Below, piece by piece: positions 46,541 through 56,124 of a stretch of DNA of 64,000 nt. The stretch is from contig KV454011.1 of NCBI GenBank assembly GCA_001661245.1, forward strand, positions 1,390,724 to 1,454,723. The letters are read 5' to 3'. A program made the position numbers and the translations under genes. The notes below the pieces were generated by a model. That model saw only the letters and a program-made list of their open reading frames with translations, searched no databases and was not told the origin of the DNA. The stretch comes from Pachysolen tannophilus NRRL Y-2460. Taxonomy: Eukaryota. Position 1 is the first letter of the stretch. Each line of letters begins with the position of its first letter.

Positions 46541-47089
46541 AATATTGATATTTATATATATATATATATATATATATAAACATAATTTTTGTTTTATTAT
46601 TTTTACTATTATTATTTAACAACAATTGAATCGACATTTACTCTTTTTATTTGATTTTTCTTTCATTTGATTTTGACTTTGACTTTGATTTTCAACTGTG
46701 CTTACCACTATTAAAAACAAGTTAATTGTATGGTTTTCATATTTTGGGTTTCATTTTTTTTCTAAAAAAAAAAAAATAAGAGAATACAACTTTTAAAATT
46801 GATATTGTTATTATCAATAACTTTTATCTAGATCTGAAATAATCAAGTAGATGGACGGCCTTTGTATTGCTCCATTTCGTTCTTTCTTTGCCTCAAAAAC
46901 AAACAAACAAAATGGTGATGTGTGTTTTCATAGGCGGCAATAGGTACAATTTCCTTATTAGGAATCGGAAAGATAAATAAATACATCTTTTATATAATTA
47001 TTTTTAATTCTAAAACCTATTTTCTCTTTTAGATCGATGGATCGGTAGATAAGATCAGAAAGCATGGCTAAGTTCATGTTATATTAGAT

Positions 47090-50000
47090 ATGTCATCAAC
47101 ATCATCTGTGAAACTATTTCAAAAAGTTTCGGCTATAACGAATAATCTACCAAATTTGGAACCGTTGGGAACATTATTTTTGAAGAACTTACCTAGACTT
47201 CCATCTAATGGTATTGAAGTTTCTTCAGATGATGATTGGCGTTGGTTTGATCCTCCAGCAAATGAAAATACCATTTTGAGATCAATTAATTGTGATAGTA
47301 AAAATGATCAATTCACGTTTGCAGATTTATTAATAGATTTAAAATATTTATCAGATAGGTGTTATATAAAGATAACATATAAGCATCTTGCCAACAATTT
47401 TGCAATTTTGAGAATATATACAGTGCCATTTGATGTTACTGGACACCATTATATAAGTGAATATAGAGATTTATACAGAAGAGGGAAATCGATATTATGG
47501 CATGCTGGAAGATTTAAAGCAGTTTTGAGTAATTTATTAATGATTTTAGATTATTCCAGAGAATCATGGATTGGTAAATTTGAAAAACCAAGAGAAAAAA
47601 CGAAAAATTTATTGATATTTGATTGCTTGAAACCATGGGAAGAGTTTCATTCTAATAAGATAGGTATGAAAAAATATTTCAATGAAGAATTTGGAAATCA
47701 ACAGGATATTTTCAATTATCACATCACAAGGTTAATTAATAGAAAACCTTATTCAAAATATGACAGTAACTTTAATGATATATCTAATTCTGATTGTAAT
47801 ACAGAAGATCTAGAAGCAAGGTTATTAAAATTGTACAACGATATAAAATCTCCAGATTTCAGCTATTTAGATTCTCATACGATAAAGAAAGATCAAAGAG
47901 AATTGATACTTGAAGTATTGAATAATGAAATTCCAGGTTTCAAATCAACTTTATACCCATATCAAAGACAGTCTGTAGCCAAGATGTTAGAAAGAGAGTT
48001 TTTCCCTAGGAGAATAACAAACTATATAGAAATTGAACTGTTTTTAGGAAATGGGAAAAAAATTTATCTTGATATAAAATCATTGAAATTTTTTCAACAT
48101 TCGGAAACCTTTGTTACACCTAGAGGTGGGATACTAGCAGAAAATATGGGATTGGGGAAAACCTGTATATGTTTGGCTTTAATCAGCGTTTCAAAATTAC
48201 AAGTTTCGCAAATTCCGGAAGAATTTAAAACAGATAACATTATAAGCGTTAAAAGACATGACCATCAACTTTTGAAATTAACAGACATTTGTATTAATAA
48301 GATCAATAGTGAGTCAATAATTTGGAAAATGTATATGAATAATTTACCAGCGTCATGCATAACTTTATTAGAATCGAACCCCGGTGTTTTCATTATTCCA
48401 GAACAAAAGAATCCATTTATAAGAAAAAGTAATAGACTTACATCTTCAAGCTCGATAAATTCGGTGAAACAAGATCTAGATAAAAAACTTTATCTCTGTA
48501 CGGCTACACTAATAGTAACACCGGATAATTTATACCATCAATGGTTACAAGAAATATCTAAACATATGAATAGCGGCTTTTTAAATATTTTCAAAGTTCC
48601 TTCTTACAACTCTCCAGTGCCGAAACCAGAAGAATTACTCAAGTACGATGTAGTATTGATGTCAAATTCGGCTTTTGGTAAGCAGTCTGAATTACGTGAT
48701 TCCAGTTTGAAAAAAATTTACTGGAAACGTTTCATTATTGATGAAGGTCATAGTATGAATAGCAAAAATTCGAGATCCGTTTATATGGCGAAGGAATTGT
48801 TTGTCGAAAGAAAATGGGCAATTAGTGGGACTCCAACTGCAGGATTGACAAGATTACATATGAACGAAGAATTAGAAAAAGAAGATAATAGTGATAATAG
48901 TTCAATAAATGGTGAAAATAAAGCTAAGAATAACGACTATATAGTTAAGAGAAAATTTGATGCGAGAGAAGATTTATCGAGGTTAGGATTATTAATCTCC
49001 AATTTTTTTAAAATAGATCCTTGGTCAAGTGATACTAAATTATGGACAAAAACGGTAGCAGCACCTTTTTTAAGTAGGATATTTGGATCAGATTTATTAT
49101 TAACGAAAATTTTATCTTCATTGTTAGTACGACATTCACTTTCAGATATTGAAAATGATGTTGAATTGCCAGCATTACACCACAAGGCGGTATTTTTGAA
49201 ACCATCTTTCCATGATAAGATATCAGTGAATTTATTCATGAGTGTTTTGGCTGCTAATGCAGTAACGTCGGAAAGAGTTGACCAGGATTATATGTTTCAC
49301 CCGTCGAATAGGTCTGAGTTGAGGCGATTGATCACCAATTTGCAAAGAGCTACTTTTTATTGGACAGGTTTTACCATTAATGATATTGAAGTATTGGTAC
49401 AGATTTGTCAACTGGCGAAAAAGAAGAAATATGCAAATGGTCGTAATTACTACAGTGATAGCGACTTAAAACTTTTGTCGAATTGCATTAAGCTGGCTAA
49501 AACCGCATTATCGAATTCAAGATGGAGAACAGTTTCTGCAATTCATGAGATGAACTATTTTATATCCCCTTTGCCAACTCCGTTCATCAGATCTCTATCA
49601 ATTGGCATTTTAGAAGAGAGTGAGAATATAAGTGTTTATGGCGCTCCACAATTATTAGCGGCACAAAAGTTTTTTTTCAAAAATAGATTTCTTAGAGATT
49701 TAAACAGATTGACTGAGAGATTGGAGGATTTTTCAAAACCTTTTTGGACCAATTACTGGAAGGATACAGAAAAGAAGAATATACAGCGTATTAAAAATCA
49801 TGATGGCCAGCCAATTGACGCAGAGACAGTTAAGGAGGCTATTCAAGAACCATCCAGATGGACCAAAAAAAAGAAACATAGGAGGGAGGAAGAACTGAAA
49901 ATAGATCAGGAAGAAGAGACGTTAGTACAGGAAATTGTTCCTTTAACTTCTCCGAGAAAGAGAAAGTCAACTACTTTGAAAAGTAACACAACGAAAAAAA

Positions 50001-51109
50001 TAAGTTTGAATAATTCTAACTCATCGATGCAATTATTATCAAGAAGAGATGATGGTTGCATAAACACGATTTCTGAAAGTATAGAAAACAATAGCTGCAA
50101 TTTTCTGTTGAGTTCCAATATAAGAAAAGCAAAGATTTTAGGAACTGCATCTTCTAAATTATCATATTTAGCTTCAAGATTACTTGAACACCAACATGAT
50201 AATATTAAATCAATAGTTTTTTTTGAATTTGAAGATTCAGCATATTATTTAACAGAATTGTTAGATATTATAGGTGTAAACTATATAATGTATGCTACTT
50301 TTATTAAGTCAAGACAAAGGTCAGAAAATTTGTCGAAATTTGATACTTATGACCAAGGAGGAGTAAGTTTAATAATGGATTTGAAATTAGCTTCTCATGG
50401 ACTAACAATAATTTCGGCAACAAGAGTATACTTTATTAATCCAGTATGGAAAAGGGCAATTGAAGCACAAGCGATAAAGAGAGCACATAGAATTGGCCAA
50501 ACCAATGAGGTTTATGTTGAAACGTTAATTCTTAATGGTACCATTGAAGAAGAAATGTATAGGAAAAGGTTGAATTCCAAAGAGACATACATTGATAATT
50601 TAGATATTGGAAGAGAAGCACAAGACTATAAAGGAAAAGAAAATCAAGTAGAAGCAAATACGTTAATTGATGATTCTGGTATGCAAGAATTTATCACAAG
50701 ACATATTTTCCTTAATCTTGACGAAGAAAATGAATTAGAATATAGTCCATTCAAATGCCCTTCAATTTGCAAAGAACCTAAGATTGGTAGCAATGATAAC
50801 ATTCAAGAAGATCCTGCAACATTATTAGAGCCTGTTGGTACAATCGACATGAAAACCAAAATGAGATTATGGGATGTTCCATTATTCAATGAAGGTAGTT
50901 TAGAGAAAATTAATGAAAATAGTTCAAAAATTAAAAATGGATTTGGAATTATTGATAGTGAAACTGCATATAGTGATCATATTATAATCCATAAAATCGA
51001 GGAGGGGAAAGAAGGTAAATTGGCTGAGATCAATAGGCAAGAAAGGATTCGTTATGCAAAAGAATTAAGAAATCAAAGACTTTCCAAGAAAAAAGTTAGG
51101 TTTATATAA
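47090..51109 (+). CDS. SNF2-family ATPase (Rad5/Rad16-like group, no RING seen)
   Basis: LYPYQ, GGILAENMGLGKT, FIIDEGH, WAISGTP, HGLTIISA, QAIKRAHRIGQ. Confidence 0.9.
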   Translation: MSSTSSVKLFQKVSAITNNLPNLEPLGTLFLKNLPRLPSNGIEVSSDDDWRWFDPPANENTILRSINCDSKNDQFTFADLLIDLKYLSDRCYIKITYKHLANNFAILRIYTVPFDVTGHHYISEYRDLYRRGKSILWHAGRFKAVLSNLLMILDYSRESWIGKFEKPREKTKNLLIFDCLKPWEEFHSNKIGMKKYFNEEFGNQQDIFNYHITRLINRKPYSKYDSNFNDISNSDCNTEDLEARLLKLYNDIKSPDFSYLDSHTIKKDQRELILEVLNNEIPGFKSTLYPYQRQSVAKMLEREFFPRRITNYIEIELFLGNGKKIYLDIKSLKFFQHSETFVTPRGGILAENMGLGKTCICLALISVSKLQVSQIPEEFKTDNIISVKRHDHQLLKLTDICINKINSESIIWKMYMNNLPASCITLLESNPGVFIIPEQKNPFIRKSNRLTSSSSINSVKQDLDKKLYLCTATLIVTPDNLYHQWLQEISKHMNSGFLNIFKVPSYNSPVPKPEELLKYDVVLMSNSAFGKQSELRDSSLKKIYWKRFIIDEGHSMNSKNSRSVYMAKELFVERKWAISGTPTAGLTRLHMNEELEKEDNSDNSSINGENKAKNNDYIVKRKFDAREDLSRLGLLISNFFKIDPWSSDTKLWTKTVAAPFLSRIFGSDLLLTKILSSLLVRHSLSDIENDVELPALHHKAVFLKPSFHDKISVNLFMSVLAANAVTSERVDQDYMFHPSNRSELRRLITNLQRATFYWTGFTINDIEVLVQICQLAKKKKYANGRNYYSDSDLKLLSNCIKLAKTALSNSRWRTVSAIHEMNYFISPLPTPFIRSLSIGILEESENISVYGAPQLLAAQKFFFKNRFLRDLNRLTERLEDFSKPFWTNYWKDTEKKNIQRIKNHDGQPIDAETVKEAIQEPSRWTKKKKHRREEELKIDQEEETLVQEIVPLTSPRKRKSTTLKSNTTKKISLNNSNSSMQLLSRRDDGCINTISESIENNSCNFLLSSNIRKAKILGTASSKLSYLASRLLEHQHDNIKSIVFFEFEDSAYYLTELLDIIGVNYIMYATFIKSRQRSENLSKFDTYDQGGVSLIMDLKLASHGLTIISATRVYFINPVWKRAIEAQAIKRAHRIGQTNEVYVETLILNGTIEEEMYRKRLNSKETYIDNLDIGREAQDYKGKENQVEANTLIDDSGMQEFITRHIFLNLDEENELEYSPFKCPSICKEPKIGSNDNIQEDPATLLEPVGTIDMKTKMRLWDVPLFNEGSLEKINENSSKIKNGFGIIDSETAYSDHIIIHKIEEGKEGKLAEINRQERIRYAKELRNQRLSKKKVRFI

Positions 51110-51181
51110 ACATGAAAAAAAAAAAAAAAATAATGTAAATGATTATTATTATTAAATTCTATAAATACATAAAATGATATA

Positions 51182-52237
51182 TTACAATTCTCTGACAATG
51201 CAAGTACCATCTGTTGATGTTGATAATACTACAGGTACAGTTGGGTGATAATCCACATCTATAACACTCCCATTATGCCCACTTAATTTGCTAATTAATT
51301 TTTTAGATTGTAATTCCCAAACTGTAAGTGTCTTATCTGCACCTCCAGCAATTAAATTTAAACCATTAGGAGAAATCTTACAACCTATTAATAAATTTTC
51401 ATTTCCTGATATGGAACCATCATATATGAAAGAAGGTTTAAATCTTTTCAAACCTTGAGGAACAAATTTTTTACAATCAAATGCTCTCAAAGTATTATCA
51501 TTTGATCTTGAAATCAATATTGAATCATCTTTTGAAACACATAGAGATGAGATATAATCTTTATGAGTTGTTTGTTCAACCCATAACTCTGATGGAAATT
51601 TTTTCAAATCAATGGCATATATAGTAGGATCAATACCCGAGCAATATACTGTATCTTTAGCATTGTTTGTTATACAAGTTAACAAAGGATATTCACTTTT
51701 AAATTCTCCCACATAATCTTTAGTTCTAAAATCCCATAATAATAAATACCCATCATCTCCAGAGCTTACACATACATTAACCCCATCAACAAAGGCAACT
51801 TGGTTCACACATAAATCATGCCCTGAACATTTTCTTACTCTTTTCCCAGTGATAGAATCCCAATAACCTAACGTAGTATCTGCACTTGAAGTTATTAAAT
51901 TACTATCATCTATAGACCATTTTAAACAAGTTATTGCACTTTTATGTCCTGAAATTGCAAGATAGTTAGGAGGTAATGATGAATTTCCTTCCATAGGTAA
52001 ATTCCACAAATTTATTGTCTTATCCAAACCACCCGTGGCAATATATCTTCCATCAGTACTACTGAATGAACCTGTTAATACCGATCCAGTATGACCTTCC
52101 AATACTATAGCATTATCCATCAATGTTCCACTACCACTACCACTACCACCATTAACATTAGCACCATATGGGCTTACTAGACTTTCATCAACACCATTTA
52201 AAACTTTTTGTCTCTTAACAATAGACGAAGCCGACAT
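51182..52237 (-). CDS. WD40 protein, U5 snRNP 40-kDa (SNRNP40/Spf38/Cwf17)-like
   Basis: Seven WD repeats: GHKSAITCLKWS, SSADTTLGYWD...GKRVRK, LSGHNGSVIDVDYHP; ATG at 52237. Confidence 0.8.
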   Translation of the reverse strand: MSASSIVKRQKVLNGVDESLVSPYGANVNGGSGSGSGTLMDNAIVLEGHTGSVLTGSFSSTDGRYIATGGLDKTINLWNLPMEGNSSLPPNYLAISGHKSAITCLKWSIDDSNLITSSADTTLGYWDSITGKRVRKCSGHDLCVNQVAFVDGVNVCVSSGDDGYLLLWDFRTKDYVGEFKSEYPLLTCITNNAKDTVYCSGIDPTIYAIDLKKFPSELWVEQTTHKDYISSLCVSKDDSILISRSNDNTLRAFDCKKFVPQGLKRFKPSFIYDGSISGNENLLIGCKISPNGLNLIAGGADKTLTVWELQSKKLISKLSGHNGSVIDVDYHPTVPVVLSTSTDGTCIVREL

Positions 52238-52548
52238 CCTACTCAACTTCAAACTTCTAATCACTTAAGTCAACGACAAATATTCCAATAGATCGATAAA
52301 TCGATAAATCGATAAATAGATAAATATACCTTAATATTTGAGAGTACTCTTAGAGAGCCATAGCCAATCACTTTGAAAAAAAAGTCGTTTATTTTCAGAC
52401 CAATTTTTATTTTGGCTTTATTAAAAAAGAATATTGGAAGCCATTCAGGATCATCTTATTTTTATACTAAAACCAAATAGTTTTTATTAATTTAAAAACA
52501 AATTATATTGAATTAAATTACAAGATAATCAAGTATCTATTATCGAAA

Positions 52549-52924
52549 ATGATTGCTCGTCGTGCTGTTGCCTCAATTTCAAAGTTAAACCCATCTTTTG
52601 CTGTTAGAGCTTATTCCAATGAAGGTTCTACTGGAGCTCCACGTCCAGATGGTAAATCTGATGCTTTTACTGTAAGTGGATTTAAATTTTATAAAAAAAA
52701 ATTTGAAATCAATTCAATTTATATATATATATATATATATGATTTTTTATTTCATCTTGGATTATTACTAACTTTTGTTTTTTAAGAAACGTGAAAAAAC
52801 CAACGAAGATTACTATGTTAAGAAACATGAGGCTGAAGTATTAGCTTCTTTAAAAGAACAATTAAAGAAACAAAAAGAGCATTTGAATGATTTGGAAAAG
52901 AAAATTGATGACCTCAACAAATAG
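52549..52924 (+). CDS. INH1: Mitochondrial F1Fo-ATPase inhibitor IF1; exons 52549-52671 and 52787-52924 (86 aa)
   Basis: YSNEGSTGAPR...DAFT|KREKTNEDYYVKKHE; intron GTAAGT...TACTAAC...AAG. Confidence 0.93.
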
Positions 52925-53538
52925 ATTGGAAGTTTTTTTTTTTTTTTTTCTTTTTTACTTTAATTTTATCTGTTAATATTTGGTAACATGTAATTGAGAA
53001 TCTCAGTTCCATTTTTAACTCAAAAGTTAAACTATTCATACGAACTCCATTATTCCTTAATCAATTGGTACTAATTGACCTTTTTTTTTTTTTTTTTATC
53101 TTTTCTTTTTTTTATTTCTTTATTAAAACACTTAATTTTTTTTTTAGTTTTTGTCCATTTGATCTCACTTGATTCATTGAATTATTTTTATAGTATAATA
53201 TTATTTGCAGTTTATATGATTAATTAAATTACAATTGTAGATAGAATTAGGACCAATTAAAATTTAACATTACATTACACTACATTAACTAATTGTATTA
53301 CTTTTTCGTTCAACTTACAATCAAATTAAGACTCACAATCTCAATGGCAATCATAATAATAATAATAATTATTATTATTATTTTGAACTTACCTACCAAT
53401 TAACCAATAAATAAATTGTCGGAAATGATATTAATTACTTATATATTAGATTCACCTCCACAATTCTAGCCTTTTTTCAAAATTTTTTCCCCAGATATTA
53501 AAAAAACTGAAAAGTTTGCTTTAACTTTTATAATACAA

Positions 53539-53610
53539 TCCGAAGTAGTGTAATGGCTATCACCTCGCGTTCTCATCGCGATAATCCGGGTTCAATTCCC
53601 GGCTTCGGAG
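53539..53610 (+). tRNA. tRNA-Glu(CUC)
   Basis: Acceptor stem TCCGAAG/CTTCGGA, anticodon arm TCGCG-TT CTC AT-CGCGA, T-arm GGTTCAATTCC, downstream T-run. Confidence 0.96.
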
Positions 53611-53842
53611 TGAAAATTTACTTTTTTTTTTTCTGAAGCAATGTAGGCGGGCGTTTGGCGGTGAGTAGGCTCTCGGTAAGTATGTGGGCGGCAAGTTGGC
53701 GGGCCAGTTAATAAGAAGCAGGTAAAAAATTCTATAGACATTTTATTACTATTATTATTAACAATTCGATCTTGATTATATATGGTTCATTTATGAATGA
53801 AGTTATAAAACTATGTACAATGTTAAATTAAGGTCTTGATTT

Positions 53843-55903
53843 TTAAGACTTTTTCTTTTTCTGTTTCTTTTCATTTTCATCTTTTAAAACTAGTATCTTG
53901 TAACTTCTTATACTCAGTTTTTTCTCCAATTCTATTTCTTTTAATTTCTTGAATTCTGGGTCCGACCTATCTTGAAAATTTTTATTATTTTCAAGAATAT
54001 AATTATCAATGTATTTCAAATTTTCATTAATTGAATTTTTAACCCTATTTATGGAGTTGAATTCTAAAGTAGTTTTCTGGAAACTAGTAACATCTCCTTT
54101 TTTCAATTGAGAAAGTTCCTGGTCTAAAATTGAATTAATTTTCTTGAGTAAAGAAAGTGCCTTGATTTCAATTGTCTTTATCTTCTTTATATCAATTGAG
54201 GAATGTTTAATCTCTTGATGGTTTGTTAATAATGGCATTAAATTCGTTAATTCATAATTTTCAAAATAATCTTTTCTTAAGATATCAACTAAATTCTCTT
54301 TAGTTAAATAATCTGCTAACCTTGAGCATAATTTAAAACTATCAATCAAATTATTTCTTGTAAAATTGGAGACTCTAAATTTATCAATTTCTCGTAGTAA
54401 TTTTAAAAATTGTAAAGCTTTATCTTGATTCATCTCATTCATATTTTGTAAAATTTGATCATCCAAGAAATTGAAAATTATGTAATTTGTAAAACCATTT
54501 GGTTTTAAATTCAAATCACTAAGTTGATTGTAAATAAAGGTTATTGGGTTAATTTCTACATCTTTATTGATAAGTTCTTTTTTAACTTTTGAGCTCTTGG
54601 TATAATTTTTCAAAAAATTATTAAACAATTCAATGTCAGCAGTATCTCTAATCTTGCTAACATAAGTTTGGTAAACATGAACGGCTTCTTTATATAATCC
54701 TAATTTGTTCAACCCTTGTAAATACAAATCTAGAGCTGCTTTATTCAATTCAAATCTAGTCTTAAAGGGGTTAATTTCTTCAATGCTCAATAACTCAATG
54801 GTTTTAGAATGAGAGTTGTATTTGAATTTATGCGATTCTGAATATCTGAAAACTTGACTTCTCTTATCTTCATCACAGATTTCAAACCAGTTATTTAAAA
54901 TTGTTAATGAATATGAAATGTATTTTAAATTTGATCTTGTCAAAAAAACTGAAGCATAACTTTGAATTAACTTTGAATCAATAGCTTTATATGTCAATTT
55001 TTCTGTTAAAGCTTTCCAAAATAAATTTGCTCGTTCAATACATAGATCATCATCTAACTCAGCTTGTGATAACCCTTTAAACAAAATGGTAAAAGTTTTA
55101 TTTTCCAGTTTCAATTTCCCCTCCGTCGGTAATTCTTGAAAGAATTTGAAAGCATGAGTCAAATCAGATGAATTTGTCAAAGCTGAAAGTAATGAATTAA
55201 CATGAATAATCGAAATAAGCTCAGGATTCTTTTCTTTTGTACCATTAAAGATATTCAAAATTTTGATCAATATTTTCTCGTTTAAAGGCTTTGAAATTTT
55301 GGATAATCCATCAAAAAGTATGGTGAAAGTATGTTCATTCGGAGGAACCCCCCATTTCTTCCTAAAATTAAATAATGAGATAGCACCATTCGCATCTTGT
55401 TGTTCAACTAACAAGTAGTTTAATATTCTATTCATTGCTACAATGCCATGCGTACCTGCTAGTCTTGATAAATATATGGCCTTATTTAAATCATTTCTAC
55501 TCAAAAATTTCAACACATCTTTTTCAACAATTTCAGAATCCTTAAGTTGCTCACCACTTGTACCTAATACCGAATAAATTAATCTTTTGTTCGAAGTCTT
55601 GAAAATTTCTTTTAATTGTTCATCTTCCAATTTCACCGTGGGTCCAATTTTTTCATCTATAGCAATATTTAATTTCTTCTTCAAAATCTCATTAGCTGTA
55701 GATTTAGTAAAAGGTTTTAGTTTCTTCTCCCTCAAGTATAATTCCTTACGCCTCTGTTTCAGCTTCAACTGTTTTGAGTTGAATATTACCTTTTCATTTG
55801 TAAATTGATCACTATTAAGATTTTGCCTCAAAAGACCCTTGACTCTACCACTCAATACCACACCAGTGCTAAAAGCCCTCTGACGAGCTATACATTTCAA
55901 CAT
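53843..55903 (-). CDS. Mitochondrial pentatricopeptide-repeat protein (possibly Mrx1-like)
   Basis: Presequence MLKCIARQRAFST and PPR-like repeats (FNFRKKWGVPPNEHTFTILFDG; IIHVNSLLSAL; NKTFTILFKGL). Confidence 0.75.
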   Translation of the reverse strand: MLKCIARQRAFSTGVVLSGRVKGLLRQNLNSDQFTNEKVIFNSKQLKLKQRRKELYLREKKLKPFTKSTANEILKKKLNIAIDEKIGPTVKLEDEQLKEIFKTSNKRLIYSVLGTSGEQLKDSEIVEKDVLKFLSRNDLNKAIYLSRLAGTHGIVAMNRILNYLLVEQQDANGAISLFNFRKKWGVPPNEHTFTILFDGLSKISKPLNEKILIKILNIFNGTKEKNPELISIIHVNSLLSALTNSSDLTHAFKFFQELPTEGKLKLENKTFTILFKGLSQAELDDDLCIERANLFWKALTEKLTYKAIDSKLIQSYASVFLTRSNLKYISYSLTILNNWFEICDEDKRSQVFRYSESHKFKYNSHSKTIELLSIEEINPFKTRFELNKAALDLYLQGLNKLGLYKEAVHVYQTYVSKIRDTADIELFNNFLKNYTKSSKVKKELINKDVEINPITFIYNQLSDLNLKPNGFTNYIIFNFLDDQILQNMNEMNQDKALQFLKLLREIDKFRVSNFTRNNLIDSFKLCSRLADYLTKENLVDILRKDYFENYELTNLMPLLTNHQEIKHSSIDIKKIKTIEIKALSLLKKINSILDQELSQLKKGDVTSFQKTTLEFNSINRVKNSINENLKYIDNYILENNKNFQDRSDPEFKKLKEIELEKKLSIRSYKILVLKDENEKKQKKKKS

Positions 55904-56124
55904 GAGTCAATAAGAATTAATCTATAACCTGATATTGTCTTGTAATCTTGAATATAATTTCAATTTCTTATCAATTTAAAGGTGAAAAATTTTTGTATAA
56001 TTTTTCTTAAAAGGGCCTCAAAAATTAGAGCGATGAGCAAAAATAAAAATTGATTCAAAATATAATAAATCAAATCGACTTGAGTTTTATTTTTATTAAT
56101 AACGATCCAGGTTCTGGTTTGTAG

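Noticed and set aside
53387..53394. ACTTACCT resembling the U1 snRNA 5' end
   Set aside because: Not followed by U1 stem-loops or an Sm site; AT-rich context.
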